A stretch of 64,000 nucleotides of DNA from Limisphaerales bacterium (GTDB taxonomy: Bacteria; Verrucomicrobiota; Verrucomicrobiia; Limisphaerales; JAJOIW01), in the NCBI GenBank assembly GCA_965657355.1, contig CBFHOE010000003.1, positions 245,520 through 309,519 of the forward strand. The letters run 5' to 3'. Every line of letters begins with the position of its first letter. Position 1 is the stretch's first letter. This document shows, one piece after another, positions 1 through 9,435 of the stretch. Position numbers and translations under genes: made by a program. The notes beneath the pieces are model-generated. The model saw nothing but the letters and a program-made list of their open reading frames with translations. It had not been told where the DNA came from and made no database searches.

Positions 1-13
1 GTTAACCTGTAAA

Positions 14-1309
14 ATGAAAAAATACTCCCCTGCTATTTTTGTGTTATTATACATTCTGACTGCGATTGGTGTTTACCAAATCGGCCTAAAAAATGGTCAA
101 AAAACTCGTTCTAAAGGGGATGCTGTTGCTCAATCATCGAATCAAAACCGAGCAAATACCACCGACAGTAAAGGAGATGAAATTGGGGCTGGTCGTTCGC
201 AGCTTCCGCCAGGTTTAGCACCTGCAACCTCCCTTGACCTCATCAAAGCACAATCGGACCTCTCGGCCGATCTTATTGAATCTTTCTCCGGTCTCAACTT
301 GAACGACATTTTATCGACTTCAGATCCCGTCGACCGACTCTTCAAATTGACGGGGTATCTCAAAAATATGGATGAATCCAATGTGGATACCGTCATTGAT
401 GCATTTGAGAAATCAGAAGCTGGTTATCGAGATTGGGAACTCATGATGAATACCTGGTCCAACTTTGACCCGAAATCTGCGATGACCTACCTGGCCGAGG
501 GAGAATCTTTATCATCCAAAGAAAAAGGGGGATTAGCGCATTCGGTCGTCAAAAACTGGGCTAAATCGGACCCAATGCGAGCACTAGAATTCGTTCAATC
601 CAACGAAATCGGCTACACTAGTTCTGGAAAGTTGTCGTATACAGCTCTGGCGACCGCCATGAAGACAGATCTCAATACTGCTATTCAAATGACCTCCCTT
701 ATACAGGACGAAAAAACGAGAAACTACTCCACTGCCGCCATTGCCAATGAGTATTACGAAGTTGATCCTGTTGGAGCGAAATTTTGGGCAGAATCAATTG
801 AAGACCCCGGAATGAAAAGGGGCGCACTAGAAAAGATAACTAGAGAAATGTCAAATTCCGATCCATATGGAGCTCTCGAATATGCTATGGATCAGTTTGG
901 TGAAAATATTCCATTTTCAGCTGCTCTTTCCCTCTCCAAAAATCTTTCGAAGGAAGATCCTGCTTTTGCTCTCGAATATGCTTCCGGGATTGAGAATGAT
1001 AAAACCCGACAATACGCTATGGCCCAAGCCGTTGGTGAATGGGCAAAGGACGATCCGGTGGGCGTGGCTGAATTTCTCAATAACCAGCCTTCATCTGCCG
1101 AATGGGACGCACCAGTAGCTGCATTCGCAAGAAATGCTTTTGACCAAGACCCTTCTCAAGCCATGGAATGGGCACAGTCGATCTCTAATAATAGACTGCG
1201 GTCCTCCACAATTGGAAGCCTTTATAGAGACTGGTCGCGAAAAGATCGGGACGCAGCTCAGGCATGGGCGAGAACTCAAAAAGATAATCGACCCAAATCA
1301 GGCAAGTAA
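14..1309 (+). CDS. Hypothetical membrane-anchored alpha-helical repeat protein (W-x3-DP-x2-A repeats)
   Basis: N-terminal hydrophobic anchor; repeated WSNFDPKSA, WAKSDPMRA, WAKDDPVGV, WSRKDRDAA motifs typical of Verrucomicrobia hypothetical proteins. Confidence 0.7.
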   Translation: MKKYSPAIFVLLYILTAIGVYQIGLKNGQKTRSKGDAVAQSSNQNRANTTDSKGDEIGAGRSQLPPGLAPATSLDLIKAQSDLSADLIESFSGLNLNDILSTSDPVDRLFKLTGYLKNMDESNVDTVIDAFEKSEAGYRDWELMMNTWSNFDPKSAMTYLAEGESLSSKEKGGLAHSVVKNWAKSDPMRALEFVQSNEIGYTSSGKLSYTALATAMKTDLNTAIQMTSLIQDEKTRNYSTAAIANEYYEVDPVGAKFWAESIEDPGMKRGALEKITREMSNSDPYGALEYAMDQFGENIPFSAALSLSKNLSKEDPAFALEYASGIENDKTRQYAMAQAVGEWAKDDPVGVAEFLNNQPSSAEWDAPVAAFARNAFDQDPSQAMEWAQSISNNRLRSSTIGSLYRDWSRKDRDAAQAWARTQKDNRPKSGK

Positions 1310-1340
1310 AATTTCAGATGTGAATTTCCTAAGCTTTATT

Positions 1341-2915
1341 TCAGTCTGGCGACATCATAAATTGGAAGGCTGCAGGAACTTTTATTTTTTCAACGACATC
1401 CTCTATGGTCCAGTGCATTGCGTCAGACTGTAAGGTATCCGCCGCAGCTCCATGGTGCCAAATTGCTCTTAAGACCATTATTTTTTGTTCATTAAGAATT
1501 TCATTTTGATCCCAACCTTTATAGGGATGAGCAAGATTGCCCGCTATCATACCCGAAAGCACGTCTCCTGCACCCCCCTGTGCTAAGCTAGGATTACCTG
1601 TGGGGTTTAAAAAATGAGTGCCATCTATATATGTTTGTGTGAGGTATCCTTTCAAAACAGTGACACAGCCTCCATAAGTTTCAGAAAGTTTTTTAGCAGC
1701 GGCAAATCTATCAACTTGAGGATCAATGTTTTCGATATGCGCTTTTGCGAGCATCCTCTTTGCCTCCCCAGCATGGGGCGTTATGACTCTTAGGCTATTT
1801 GTCGAGACTTTACCCACCGGTAACCAGTCTAATGCAGTAGCATCGACAATGAGTGGTTTTTCGGAATGTTTCCAAAGATCTTGTAAAACTGGATAAACAT
1901 AATTTCTCGCCTCCGAAGTAGCTAGGCCAGGGCCAATGAGTATCGAAGTGGCTTTATCCATTAATTCTTCCAATGACTGATTAGAGAATTTATGAACCAT
2001 TGGACCAAGAAGGTTGGATGCCACTGGAATAAAAGCGTCGCCAATCGTTAAGACAGAAATAAGTCCTGGCTGGCGCGATTGAGCTGCTTTGGCAGCCAAT
2101 ATTGCAGCTCCATGGTATCCGGGGCTCCCTGCTATCTCAACCATGTGTCCATAATCACCCTTATGCCCTTCGACCTCTCGGATGACTTCTCCTGAGACAT
2201 CGGTAATTCCCTTGTTCCAAACCCACTGAATATCTGCATCCATGGTTCGCAGCGAAGGATTTAAAGGCAATTCAGGGTGAAGTCCTACATCATGTGCTAA
2301 TAGCAAACGCCCTGTATGCGGCGCCGCAACTGGCAGGACGAGGCCAGTTTTAGGAGCGCCTACAGTCATTGTCCATGTCGCCTTAATTGCTGTTGAGACC
2401 ACCTGACCTGTGTCACAATCGATCCCGGATGGACAATCAATACTCAAAATCGGGTTAAGCAAGTTCAAGAAGTCGACAAGCTTCTGCCAATGCCCTTCTA
2501 AACCGCCTCTTAATCCAATACCAAAAAGACCATCCACGACGAGGTCCGGTATCCACGAAGCTTCCTCAAGGGCTATGTCGGGTGATTCCTCATACTGAGA
2601 AAGTGTTTGAATTGGCACTGCAAGAGATTCTAAAACATCCGTCAGGGCATTTTGAGGATCGTCTATTTTGACACCTTTTATTTCGAAGTCTTTTGTTGGT
2701 AGAAATTGTTGAGCGGCCTTGACATCTGCACCATTATTGCCTTTGCCGATAATCATTAAAATGCGACTGCCTGGATCTATATTTCTCACTATCCATTCGG
2801 CGATTGCCTTGCCTACTAGCCTAATGACATGTTCTTCATTGATACCAATTTCCCATGAAGCCTTTTCCCAAAGCTGCATTTCTTTTACTGATATCACGGG
2901 GCACGAAATACTCAT
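1341..2915 (-). CDS. nnr: Bifunctional NAD(P)H-hydrate epimerase/dehydratase (YjeF)
   Basis: GKGNNGAD, VDGLFGIG, IDCPSG in the N-domain; HKGDYG, IGPGL, VDATAL, ITPHAGE, VLKG, GGAGDVLSG in the C-domain. Confidence 0.95.
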   Translation of the reverse strand: MSISCPVISVKEMQLWEKASWEIGINEEHVIRLVGKAIAEWIVRNIDPGSRILMIIGKGNNGADVKAAQQFLPTKDFEIKGVKIDDPQNALTDVLESLAVPIQTLSQYEESPDIALEEASWIPDLVVDGLFGIGLRGGLEGHWQKLVDFLNLLNPILSIDCPSGIDCDTGQVVSTAIKATWTMTVGAPKTGLVLPVAAPHTGRLLLAHDVGLHPELPLNPSLRTMDADIQWVWNKGITDVSGEVIREVEGHKGDYGHMVEIAGSPGYHGAAILAAKAAQSRQPGLISVLTIGDAFIPVASNLLGPMVHKFSNQSLEELMDKATSILIGPGLATSEARNYVYPVLQDLWKHSEKPLIVDATALDWLPVGKVSTNSLRVITPHAGEAKRMLAKAHIENIDPQVDRFAAAKKLSETYGGCVTVLKGYLTQTYIDGTHFLNPTGNPSLAQGGAGDVLSGMIAGNLAHPYKGWDQNEILNEQKIMVLRAIWHHGAAADTLQSDAMHWTIEDVVEKIKVPAAFQFMMSPD

Positions 2916-2978
2916 TGAACCACCATATATTTACTAGCCATTCATGTAAACTCACCTGACTAACACAATTTTATTGCA

Positions 2979-4268
2979 TTGAACCTGGTTATGGTTTCTC
3001 GTGAAAGAACATTGGATAATGAAATTTGTCAGTCTGAGCTTTTGAGTCCTGGTCAGTCATGGCTCGATTTCTCTCCTCCAGACCGCTCTGTAGAGTGCGT
3101 TTACATTCATGTTCCTTTTTGCGCCGTCAAATGTCATTACTGTGCTTTTTACTCAAAGGAACCTGACAAAAAGAAAATCGAGCTTTATGTGGATGCGATA
3201 GTCAGAGAAATTCAGAATGCTTCTCATTCTGCTAAGCCACGAACAATTTTTTTTGGTGGAGGAACGCCGTCTATTCTACCTGTGAAGCATCTAACTAAAA
3301 TCTTCAGTGCTATCCAATCAGCAAAATGGACAGAAGTAGAGGAATGGACAGTCGAATGTAATCCCGCAACGCTCAACAAGGACAAGGTTGAGGTCTTCAA
3401 AAATTTTGGCGTTAATAGAGTATCTCTGGGTGTGCAATCCATGGAGCCAATTTTATTGGAAAAGCTTGGCCGTATTCACACGGTTGATATGGTTTTGAAG
3501 ACTTTTGACCTCCTTCGCAGCTCTGGTTTTGAAAATATCAACCTAGATTTGATGTTTGCCATCCCGGGGCAAACCCTCGAAATGTGGGACCAGACGCTCG
3601 AGCGAATCCTCTCTCTTGGTTCTGAACATATGTCTTGTTATGAACTCATATACGAAGAAGATACCCCACTATTTAAGTCTCTGCAGGCGGGCGAGATTAA
3701 GCCTAATGAAGAACTTGCAGAGCAGATGTATCTCAATCTTATCGAGAAATTAAGAGCTAATGAGTTCTACCAATATGAGGTAGCCAACTTTGCACGTGAT
3801 GAATCACGGCCGTCCAATAATAATATATCTTTTGACGAATCAAACCCTCCAATTGCTTTTCCTAAATATGCCTGTCAGCATAATTTGAACTATTGGTTAG
3901 GTGGTTCTTATCTGGGTTTAGGGCCATCGGCAAATGGTTTTATAAACGGATTCCGTTATCAAAATGTAGCGAATACCTCCCGTTATTGTGAAATGATCGA
4001 TTTCCAGGGGGAGGCGTTGGAGTGGAAAGAAAAATTGTCTGATTCAGCCAGAGCAGGCGAAATAGCTGCCTTTGGCTTTAGGACAAGTTATGGTTGGGAC
4101 TTAGATAAGTATTATTCATTAACAGGGATTAGGCTTGAAGACAACTGGGGCAGTTCGATAAAAAAGTTTATTCATTGTGGTTGGATGGAGTCATCCCCGG
4201 GGCGAATTCGTCTTACCCCTCAAGGACTTCGATTTGCTGATAGCGTAGCACTCGATTTTATCGACTAA
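2979..4268 (+). CDS. hemW: Radical SAM heme chaperone HemW (HemN-like)
   Basis: YIHVPFC-x3-C-x2-C, FFGGGTPS, RVSLGVQS, HNLNYW; start may be ATG 2991. Confidence 0.9.
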   Translation: MNLVMVSRERTLDNEICQSELLSPGQSWLDFSPPDRSVECVYIHVPFCAVKCHYCAFYSKEPDKKKIELYVDAIVREIQNASHSAKPRTIFFGGGTPSILPVKHLTKIFSAIQSAKWTEVEEWTVECNPATLNKDKVEVFKNFGVNRVSLGVQSMEPILLEKLGRIHTVDMVLKTFDLLRSSGFENINLDLMFAIPGQTLEMWDQTLERILSLGSEHMSCYELIYEEDTPLFKSLQAGEIKPNEELAEQMYLNLIEKLRANEFYQYEVANFARDESRPSNNNISFDESNPPIAFPKYACQHNLNYWLGGSYLGLGPSANGFINGFRYQNVANTSRYCEMIDFQGEALEWKEKLSDSARAGEIAAFGFRTSYGWDLDKYYSLTGIRLEDNWGSSIKKFIHCGWMESSPGRIRLTPQGLRFADSVALDFID

Positions 4269-4305
4269 AATTTTTGGATCTCATTTTATTTTAAATAAAA
4301 TCTCT

Positions 4306-5391
4306 ATGAAAAATTTAAAATCGCTCGTCAGGAACTTAGCCAAGAAAATCATGTCACAGCCAGCTGTGGCTTACCATGAACAGTACGTTAATGCCGCCGT
4401 GGTCGACATTTGTCGGGAATATGGTTTGGATTACAAGCACGATCAATTCGGTAATATCCATGTTAATGTCAGCAATGGCCGAAAAGGTAAGCCCGTATAT
4501 TATGTGGCTCACATGGACCACCCAGGATTTGAAGTAGTCTCTGGCTCTCGGACTAAAGAAAATCTTAAAGTGAGATTTTTGGGTGGTGTTCCCAAAAGCT
4601 ATTTTAAGAAAGGTAGTAAACTTAAATTTTATCCAGGGGAAATTCCAGGGACCCTCATATCCGAACTTAAAGGGAATAAAGTATATTCAGTAAAACTCAG
4701 CAATGCATACAAGACTCGGCCTGAATTTGGGGTCTGGGATATTCCTGCTTTCGACAATTGCGGGGACCAAATTTCCGGAAGAGCATGCGATGATCTCATG
4801 GGGTTAACGGCACTAATGGCAGGGCTTATTTCTTTCAAAAATTCCGGTCAAAAAGGCAGGGTGCTTGGATTGGTCACCAGAGCTGAAGAAGTGGGTTTTC
4901 ACGGTGCCCTAGCTGCTGCAGCTGCCAAGACAATCCCATCAAACGGTCTGTATGTCAGTTTGGAAAACAGTAAGGAATTACCACCCGTGAAGATGGGCAA
5001 AGGAGTCGTGATAAGGTCAGGGGATCGATTGAGCCAATTTGACAGCAATGGAGTCTATTTTCTTTCTCGCGTTGCTGAAGACCTAGGTAAGAAATCCACA
5101 TCATTTAAATTTCAAAAAGCCCTTATGCCAGGAGGGGCCTGCGAGGCGACTGGTTTCCAACACCATGGCTACCGTGTGGCTGCGATGTGCATTCCATTGG
5201 GAAACTATCATAACTGTGGCCTTAAAAATAAAATCGTCCAAGAATATGTTTCCCTTAGTGATACGGTAAGCATGGCTCAGTTAATCACTGAATCCGCCTC
5301 TCGATTTGCTGAATATGAATTATTTTCCAGGCAGGCATCGGATCGGCTGAATAAACTTACCCATGAGGCTCTTGAGAAATTATCCAAATGA
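4306..5391 (+). CDS. M20/M28/M42-family metallopeptidase
   Basis: Metal ligand motifs AHMDH, ACDD, RAEEVG, YHN are all present. Confidence 0.85.
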   Translation: MKNLKSLVRNLAKKIMSQPAVAYHEQYVNAAVVDICREYGLDYKHDQFGNIHVNVSNGRKGKPVYYVAHMDHPGFEVVSGSRTKENLKVRFLGGVPKSYFKKGSKLKFYPGEIPGTLISELKGNKVYSVKLSNAYKTRPEFGVWDIPAFDNCGDQISGRACDDLMGLTALMAGLISFKNSGQKGRVLGLVTRAEEVGFHGALAAAAAKTIPSNGLYVSLENSKELPPVKMGKGVVIRSGDRLSQFDSNGVYFLSRVAEDLGKKSTSFKFQKALMPGGACEATGFQHHGYRVAAMCIPLGNYHNCGLKNKIVQEYVSLSDTVSMAQLITESASRFAEYELFSRQASDRLNKLTHEALEKLSK

Positions 5392-5496
5392 GCGCTTATT
5401 AAATGATTATTTGTGAGCACTAAATGGAGTTGGGAAATAACTGGTTATATTAAACTTATCGCCAAATAAGCTCATTTTTGCTAATTACATGATCCT

Positions 5497-7365
5497 ATGT
5501 TAACCAAAAATCTCTTATGCGTTTTTGTTTTGATGCTTGGCATCTACACTTCCGGGGGTCAAGACAAACCCAACATTTTGTGGATTACGAGCGAGGACAA
5601 TGGCCCACATATTGGGGCATTTGGTGATACTTATGCCACAACCCCGAACATCGACAAATTGGCATCTCAGGGCCTCTCATACGTCAATTGCTGGTCAACC
5701 GCTCCAGTATGCGCCCCAGCAAGAACGACAATAATATCTGGAGTTTATCCGACAAGCACAGGGGCCGAGCACATGAGGAGCCAGGCCCAGCTGCCAGCAT
5801 TCATGAAAATGTATCCACAATATCTAAAACAAAAAGGATACTACTGTACTAACAATAGCAAGGAGGATTATAACCTCACCAAACCTGGAAAAGTTTGGGA
5901 TGAATCCTCCAGAAAGGGACACTGGAAGAATAGAAAGCCAGGCCAACCATTCTTTGCTATTTTCAATCACACCGTCAGTCACGAAAGTCAGCTTAGGAAA
6001 AGACCACACAAGGCTGTTCACGATCCAAAAAAGGTTCGCATTCCTGCTTACCATCCAGATACTCCAGAAGTCAGGCAAGATTGGGCTCAGTATTACGACA
6101 AGATAACCGAAATGGATACAAAAGTTGGGCGAAATCTATCAGAGCTTGAGGAAGCTGGTTTAGCTGAAGATACAATTATCTTTTATTACGGGGACCATGG
6201 TTCGGGTATGCCACGCAATAAGAGGTGGCCATACAACAGTGGTCTTAATGTGCCCCTTGTCGTTTATATTCCCCAAAAATTTTCTCATTTGGCGCCCACC
6301 GGTTATGCGCCGGGAGCGAAGTCGGATCGTCTTGTTGGTTTTATCGATCTTGCTCCCACTCTTTTAAGCTTGGTGGGGATAAAACCGCCTTCATATATGC
6401 AGGGTTTTGCTTTTATGGGGCACTATGAAGAATTGGAAAGAAACTACAACCATGGATTTAGAGGCAGAATGGACGAAAGGTATGACTTGCTCAGGACGAC
6501 CAGGGATAAAAGATTCGTTTATGTGAGAAATTACATGCCTCACAGAATTTACGGCCAACACATTCAATACATGTTTCAAACACCAACAACTCGGGTATGG
6601 AAGCGCATGTTTGACGAAGGTAAACTCAATAGTGCACAAAGTAAATTCTGGTTACAGAAACCTACTGAGGAATTATATGATCTCACAATTGATCCGGACG
6701 AAGTAAATAACCTGGCTTCTAATCCCGACTACAATGATGTTGTTCAAAGATTCCGATCAGCCCAGCAACACCACTTTCAGAGAATTCGAGACATCGGCTT
6801 TTTACCAGAATCGGAAATACACCACAGAGGAGCAGGACACGAAAAATCCCCATATGAGATGGGGCACAATAAGGAGCTGTACCCAATGGAAGAAATTATC
6901 GCCATGGCTGGTGCGGCAACTACAAGAGAGATGAAGAGCCCCGAACAATTTATAAAAGCTTTAAATCATGAGGACTCCGCGATTAGATACTGGGCAGCCA
7001 TGGGGCTGTTGATCAGGGAGGAAAAAGGAGTTTTGCCAGCTACTGCTCAATTGGAACAAGCGATGCGTGAAGATGACTCTTGGAGCGTGCGAGTCATTGC
7101 TGCTGAAGCCCTATCCAACCACGGGCGTAAGGCTATACTACCTGATTGTCTCGAAACCCTTGTTCAAGCTGCCGATTACAGAAATACTGATGTTTATGTC
7201 GCTACATTGGCTCTGAACGTAATTGACAAACTTGATGAAAAAGCCCGGCCTATACTCGATAAGGTTAAGAACATTCCGACCAATGTGAAGGGTTACCCCG
7301 CCCGGGCGAGCTCATATGTTAATCGGCTTGTCTTAACAACATTGGAGGATTTAAAAAATAAGTAA
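5497..7365 (+). CDS. Sulfatase (formylglycine-dependent) with C-terminal HEAT-like repeats
   Basis: Signal peptide; PNILWITSED, CAPAR (CxPxR), GDHG, EELYDL..DP; C-terminal AIRYWAA/VRVIAAEAL HEAT repeats. Confidence 0.95.
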   Translation: MLTKNLLCVFVLMLGIYTSGGQDKPNILWITSEDNGPHIGAFGDTYATTPNIDKLASQGLSYVNCWSTAPVCAPARTTIISGVYPTSTGAEHMRSQAQLPAFMKMYPQYLKQKGYYCTNNSKEDYNLTKPGKVWDESSRKGHWKNRKPGQPFFAIFNHTVSHESQLRKRPHKAVHDPKKVRIPAYHPDTPEVRQDWAQYYDKITEMDTKVGRNLSELEEAGLAEDTIIFYYGDHGSGMPRNKRWPYNSGLNVPLVVYIPQKFSHLAPTGYAPGAKSDRLVGFIDLAPTLLSLVGIKPPSYMQGFAFMGHYEELERNYNHGFRGRMDERYDLLRTTRDKRFVYVRNYMPHRIYGQHIQYMFQTPTTRVWKRMFDEGKLNSAQSKFWLQKPTEELYDLTIDPDEVNNLASNPDYNDVVQRFRSAQQHHFQRIRDIGFLPESEIHHRGAGHEKSPYEMGHNKELYPMEEIIAMAGAATTREMKSPEQFIKALNHEDSAIRYWAAMGLLIREEKGVLPATAQLEQAMREDDSWSVRVIAAEALSNHGRKAILPDCLETLVQAADYRNTDVYVATLALNVIDKLDEKARPILDKVKNIPTNVKGYPARASSYVNRLVLTTLEDLKNK

Positions 7366-7400
7366 ATCACGTTCTATTCGTATTTAACATAGAGCAATTT

Positions 7401-8069
7401 TTGAAGATCTCTGTATTAAATCTAGTATTCCAATACTCTCGCGATTTGGACGGATTCCGCCTCGAGATACCTGAGCTGGTTATCGAGAGCGGTCAACAAG
7501 TTGCTATCATTGGTCCCAGTGGTTCTGGTAAAAGTACTCTTCTAAAACTTGTCTCTGGGATATTGCTTGCACATTCCGGCTCAGTCTCACTCGATAATCA
7601 TAAAATAGGTGATTGGTCGGATTCGTTACGTCGTTCATTTCGTCTGAAAAATATTGGATTTATCTTTCAAGAATTCGAGTTAATACCTTATCTGGATGTC
7701 AGGGGAAATTTTCTGATGCCTATCCGCTTAGATGGTTCACGACAAATAGACAAGGCTCTTATGCATGAGTCTGAAATTTTGGCTGAGTCACTTGGCTTAA
7801 GCCAGTATCTGACTCATTCGGTGGATAATCTGTCTCAAGGCGAGAAACAAAGAGTTGCAATAGGAAGAGCCCTAATAAACAAACCCTCTCTCATTTTGGC
7901 AGATGAGCCTACAGGTAATCTTGATCCCAAGCGCAAAGCTGAAATAGTTGAATTGCTTAAACAGCAAGCGAACCGAGATGGCGCTACTCTGGTCATGGTA
8001 ACCCATGATCACGGATTGCTTAATCGTTGGGATAAGGTGATTGATTTCAATCAGTTTGTTTCGATTTGA
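7401..8069 (+). CDS. ABC transporter ATP-binding protein (LolD/MacB-like)
   Basis: Walker A GPSGSGKS, LSQGEKQRVA, ILADEPTGNLD, VTHD. Confidence 0.95.
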   Translation: MKISVLNLVFQYSRDLDGFRLEIPELVIESGQQVAIIGPSGSGKSTLLKLVSGILLAHSGSVSLDNHKIGDWSDSLRRSFRLKNIGFIFQEFELIPYLDVRGNFLMPIRLDGSRQIDKALMHESEILAESLGLSQYLTHSVDNLSQGEKQRVAIGRALINKPSLILADEPTGNLDPKRKAEIVELLKQQANRDGATLVMVTHDHGLLNRWDKVIDFNQFVSI

Positions 8070-9265
8070 GTATGAATTTGGCTTCTTCATTATATCTTGC
8101 ACAAGCATACATCCGAAAGCACGTTTGGAAATCAGTCCTGGTTGTTCTCAGCCTTGTTATGACGATCTCCATTCCGGGCGGCGTTCAAATCATAGTCACG
8201 GAATTTGATAAACACATGAATGAAAGGGCCCAGTCCACTCCATTCATCATTGGTAAAAAAGGAAGTCAATTGGATCTTGTTTTGCATGGATTGTATTTTT
8301 CTAGTGATGCTCCTGGCACTATTACTATGCAGGATGTTGAAGATATACGAACTGAAAATTTGGCTGATGTTTATCCCATTACCAACCTTCGTAAAGCACA
8401 GAAGATCCGGGTCGTGGGGGTAGACTTAGAATACCTTTCATTCCGAAACCTTGACTTAAAAGAAGGGCGTAAATTCGCCATGTTTGGAGAGGCTGTTATT
8501 GGGTCGGAAGTCGCAAAAAACCTTGATCTAAAACCAGGATCCCACTTGATCACTGATGCTGAGAATGTCTTTAATATTGCAGCTGCGTATCCACTTAAAT
8601 TAAATATAGTCGGTGTTAATTACTGGACTGGTACTCCTGATGATTTGGTTGTTTTCGTGAGTCTGGAGACGTCATGGATCATTGAGGGTGTTGGCCACGG
8701 TCATGAGGAAATACAAAAAAATTCTCCGAAAAACTTAAATAATGGTAATCCAGACAGTGAGGTCATTTCAGCGAGTGCAGCTGTTTTGCCGTATACTGAA
8801 ATTTCGAAGGAAAATGCCGGGTCAGTTCACTTTCACGGAGATTCATCAGATTTTCCTGTCACGGCTGCTTTGGTTTTGCCTTATGATCAAAAATCCTCTT
8901 CCATTCTCCAAGGCCGGTTTCTTTCCAGCCAGGACAATGTACAACTTGTTTCTCCCTCAGCTGAGATTAATGAACTGCTCTCGGTTGTTTTTCAGGTCAA
9001 ATCTTTTTTTCAAGCTCAGATGTGGTTGGTCACCTTGACTACTATACTCCTCATAGGATTAGTCATTTCATTATCTCTTAAATTAAGGGAGCGGGAAATG
9101 CGCACCTACTTTGTCATGGGGTGCAGTCGGTGGAGCCAAGCTCAACTGTTAACTACTGAAATTTTCTTATACCTCCTCACCTCTGCTTTTTTGAGCTATC
9201 TATTACTCGGAATACTTTCTCTAAACTCAGGATATTTTGTAGACACTATATTAGCATCTTCCTGA
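8066..9265 (+). CDS. ABC transporter permease (MacB/FtsX family)
   Basis: One N-terminal TM, large periplasmic domain, C-terminal TMs with R-ERE...G motif; coupled to the ATPase gene. Confidence 0.85.
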   Translation: MSMNLASSLYLAQAYIRKHVWKSVLVVLSLVMTISIPGGVQIIVTEFDKHMNERAQSTPFIIGKKGSQLDLVLHGLYFSSDAPGTITMQDVEDIRTENLADVYPITNLRKAQKIRVVGVDLEYLSFRNLDLKEGRKFAMFGEAVIGSEVAKNLDLKPGSHLITDAENVFNIAAAYPLKLNIVGVNYWTGTPDDLVVFVSLETSWIIEGVGHGHEEIQKNSPKNLNNGNPDSEVISASAAVLPYTEISKENAGSVHFHGDSSDFPVTAALVLPYDQKSSSILQGRFLSSQDNVQLVSPSAEINELLSVVFQVKSFFQAQMWLVTLTTILLIGLVISLSLKLREREMRTYFVMGCSRWSQAQLLTTEIFLYLLTSAFLSYLLLGILSLNSGYFVDTILASS

Positions 9266-9435
9266 TAGGTATTCATCTCTTTGAATTAAGTTTCATACGA
9301 TGATTTCTATTATTGTCAGTTTGATTATTATCAGGCTGCACTCATCATTTTTGAGACAAGGGCTATTATAGCTGTTCGGACTGTTGCTTATTTTCTCCCA
9401 CTGAAATATGTTACCACCAGTTTCGTTGTTCATTT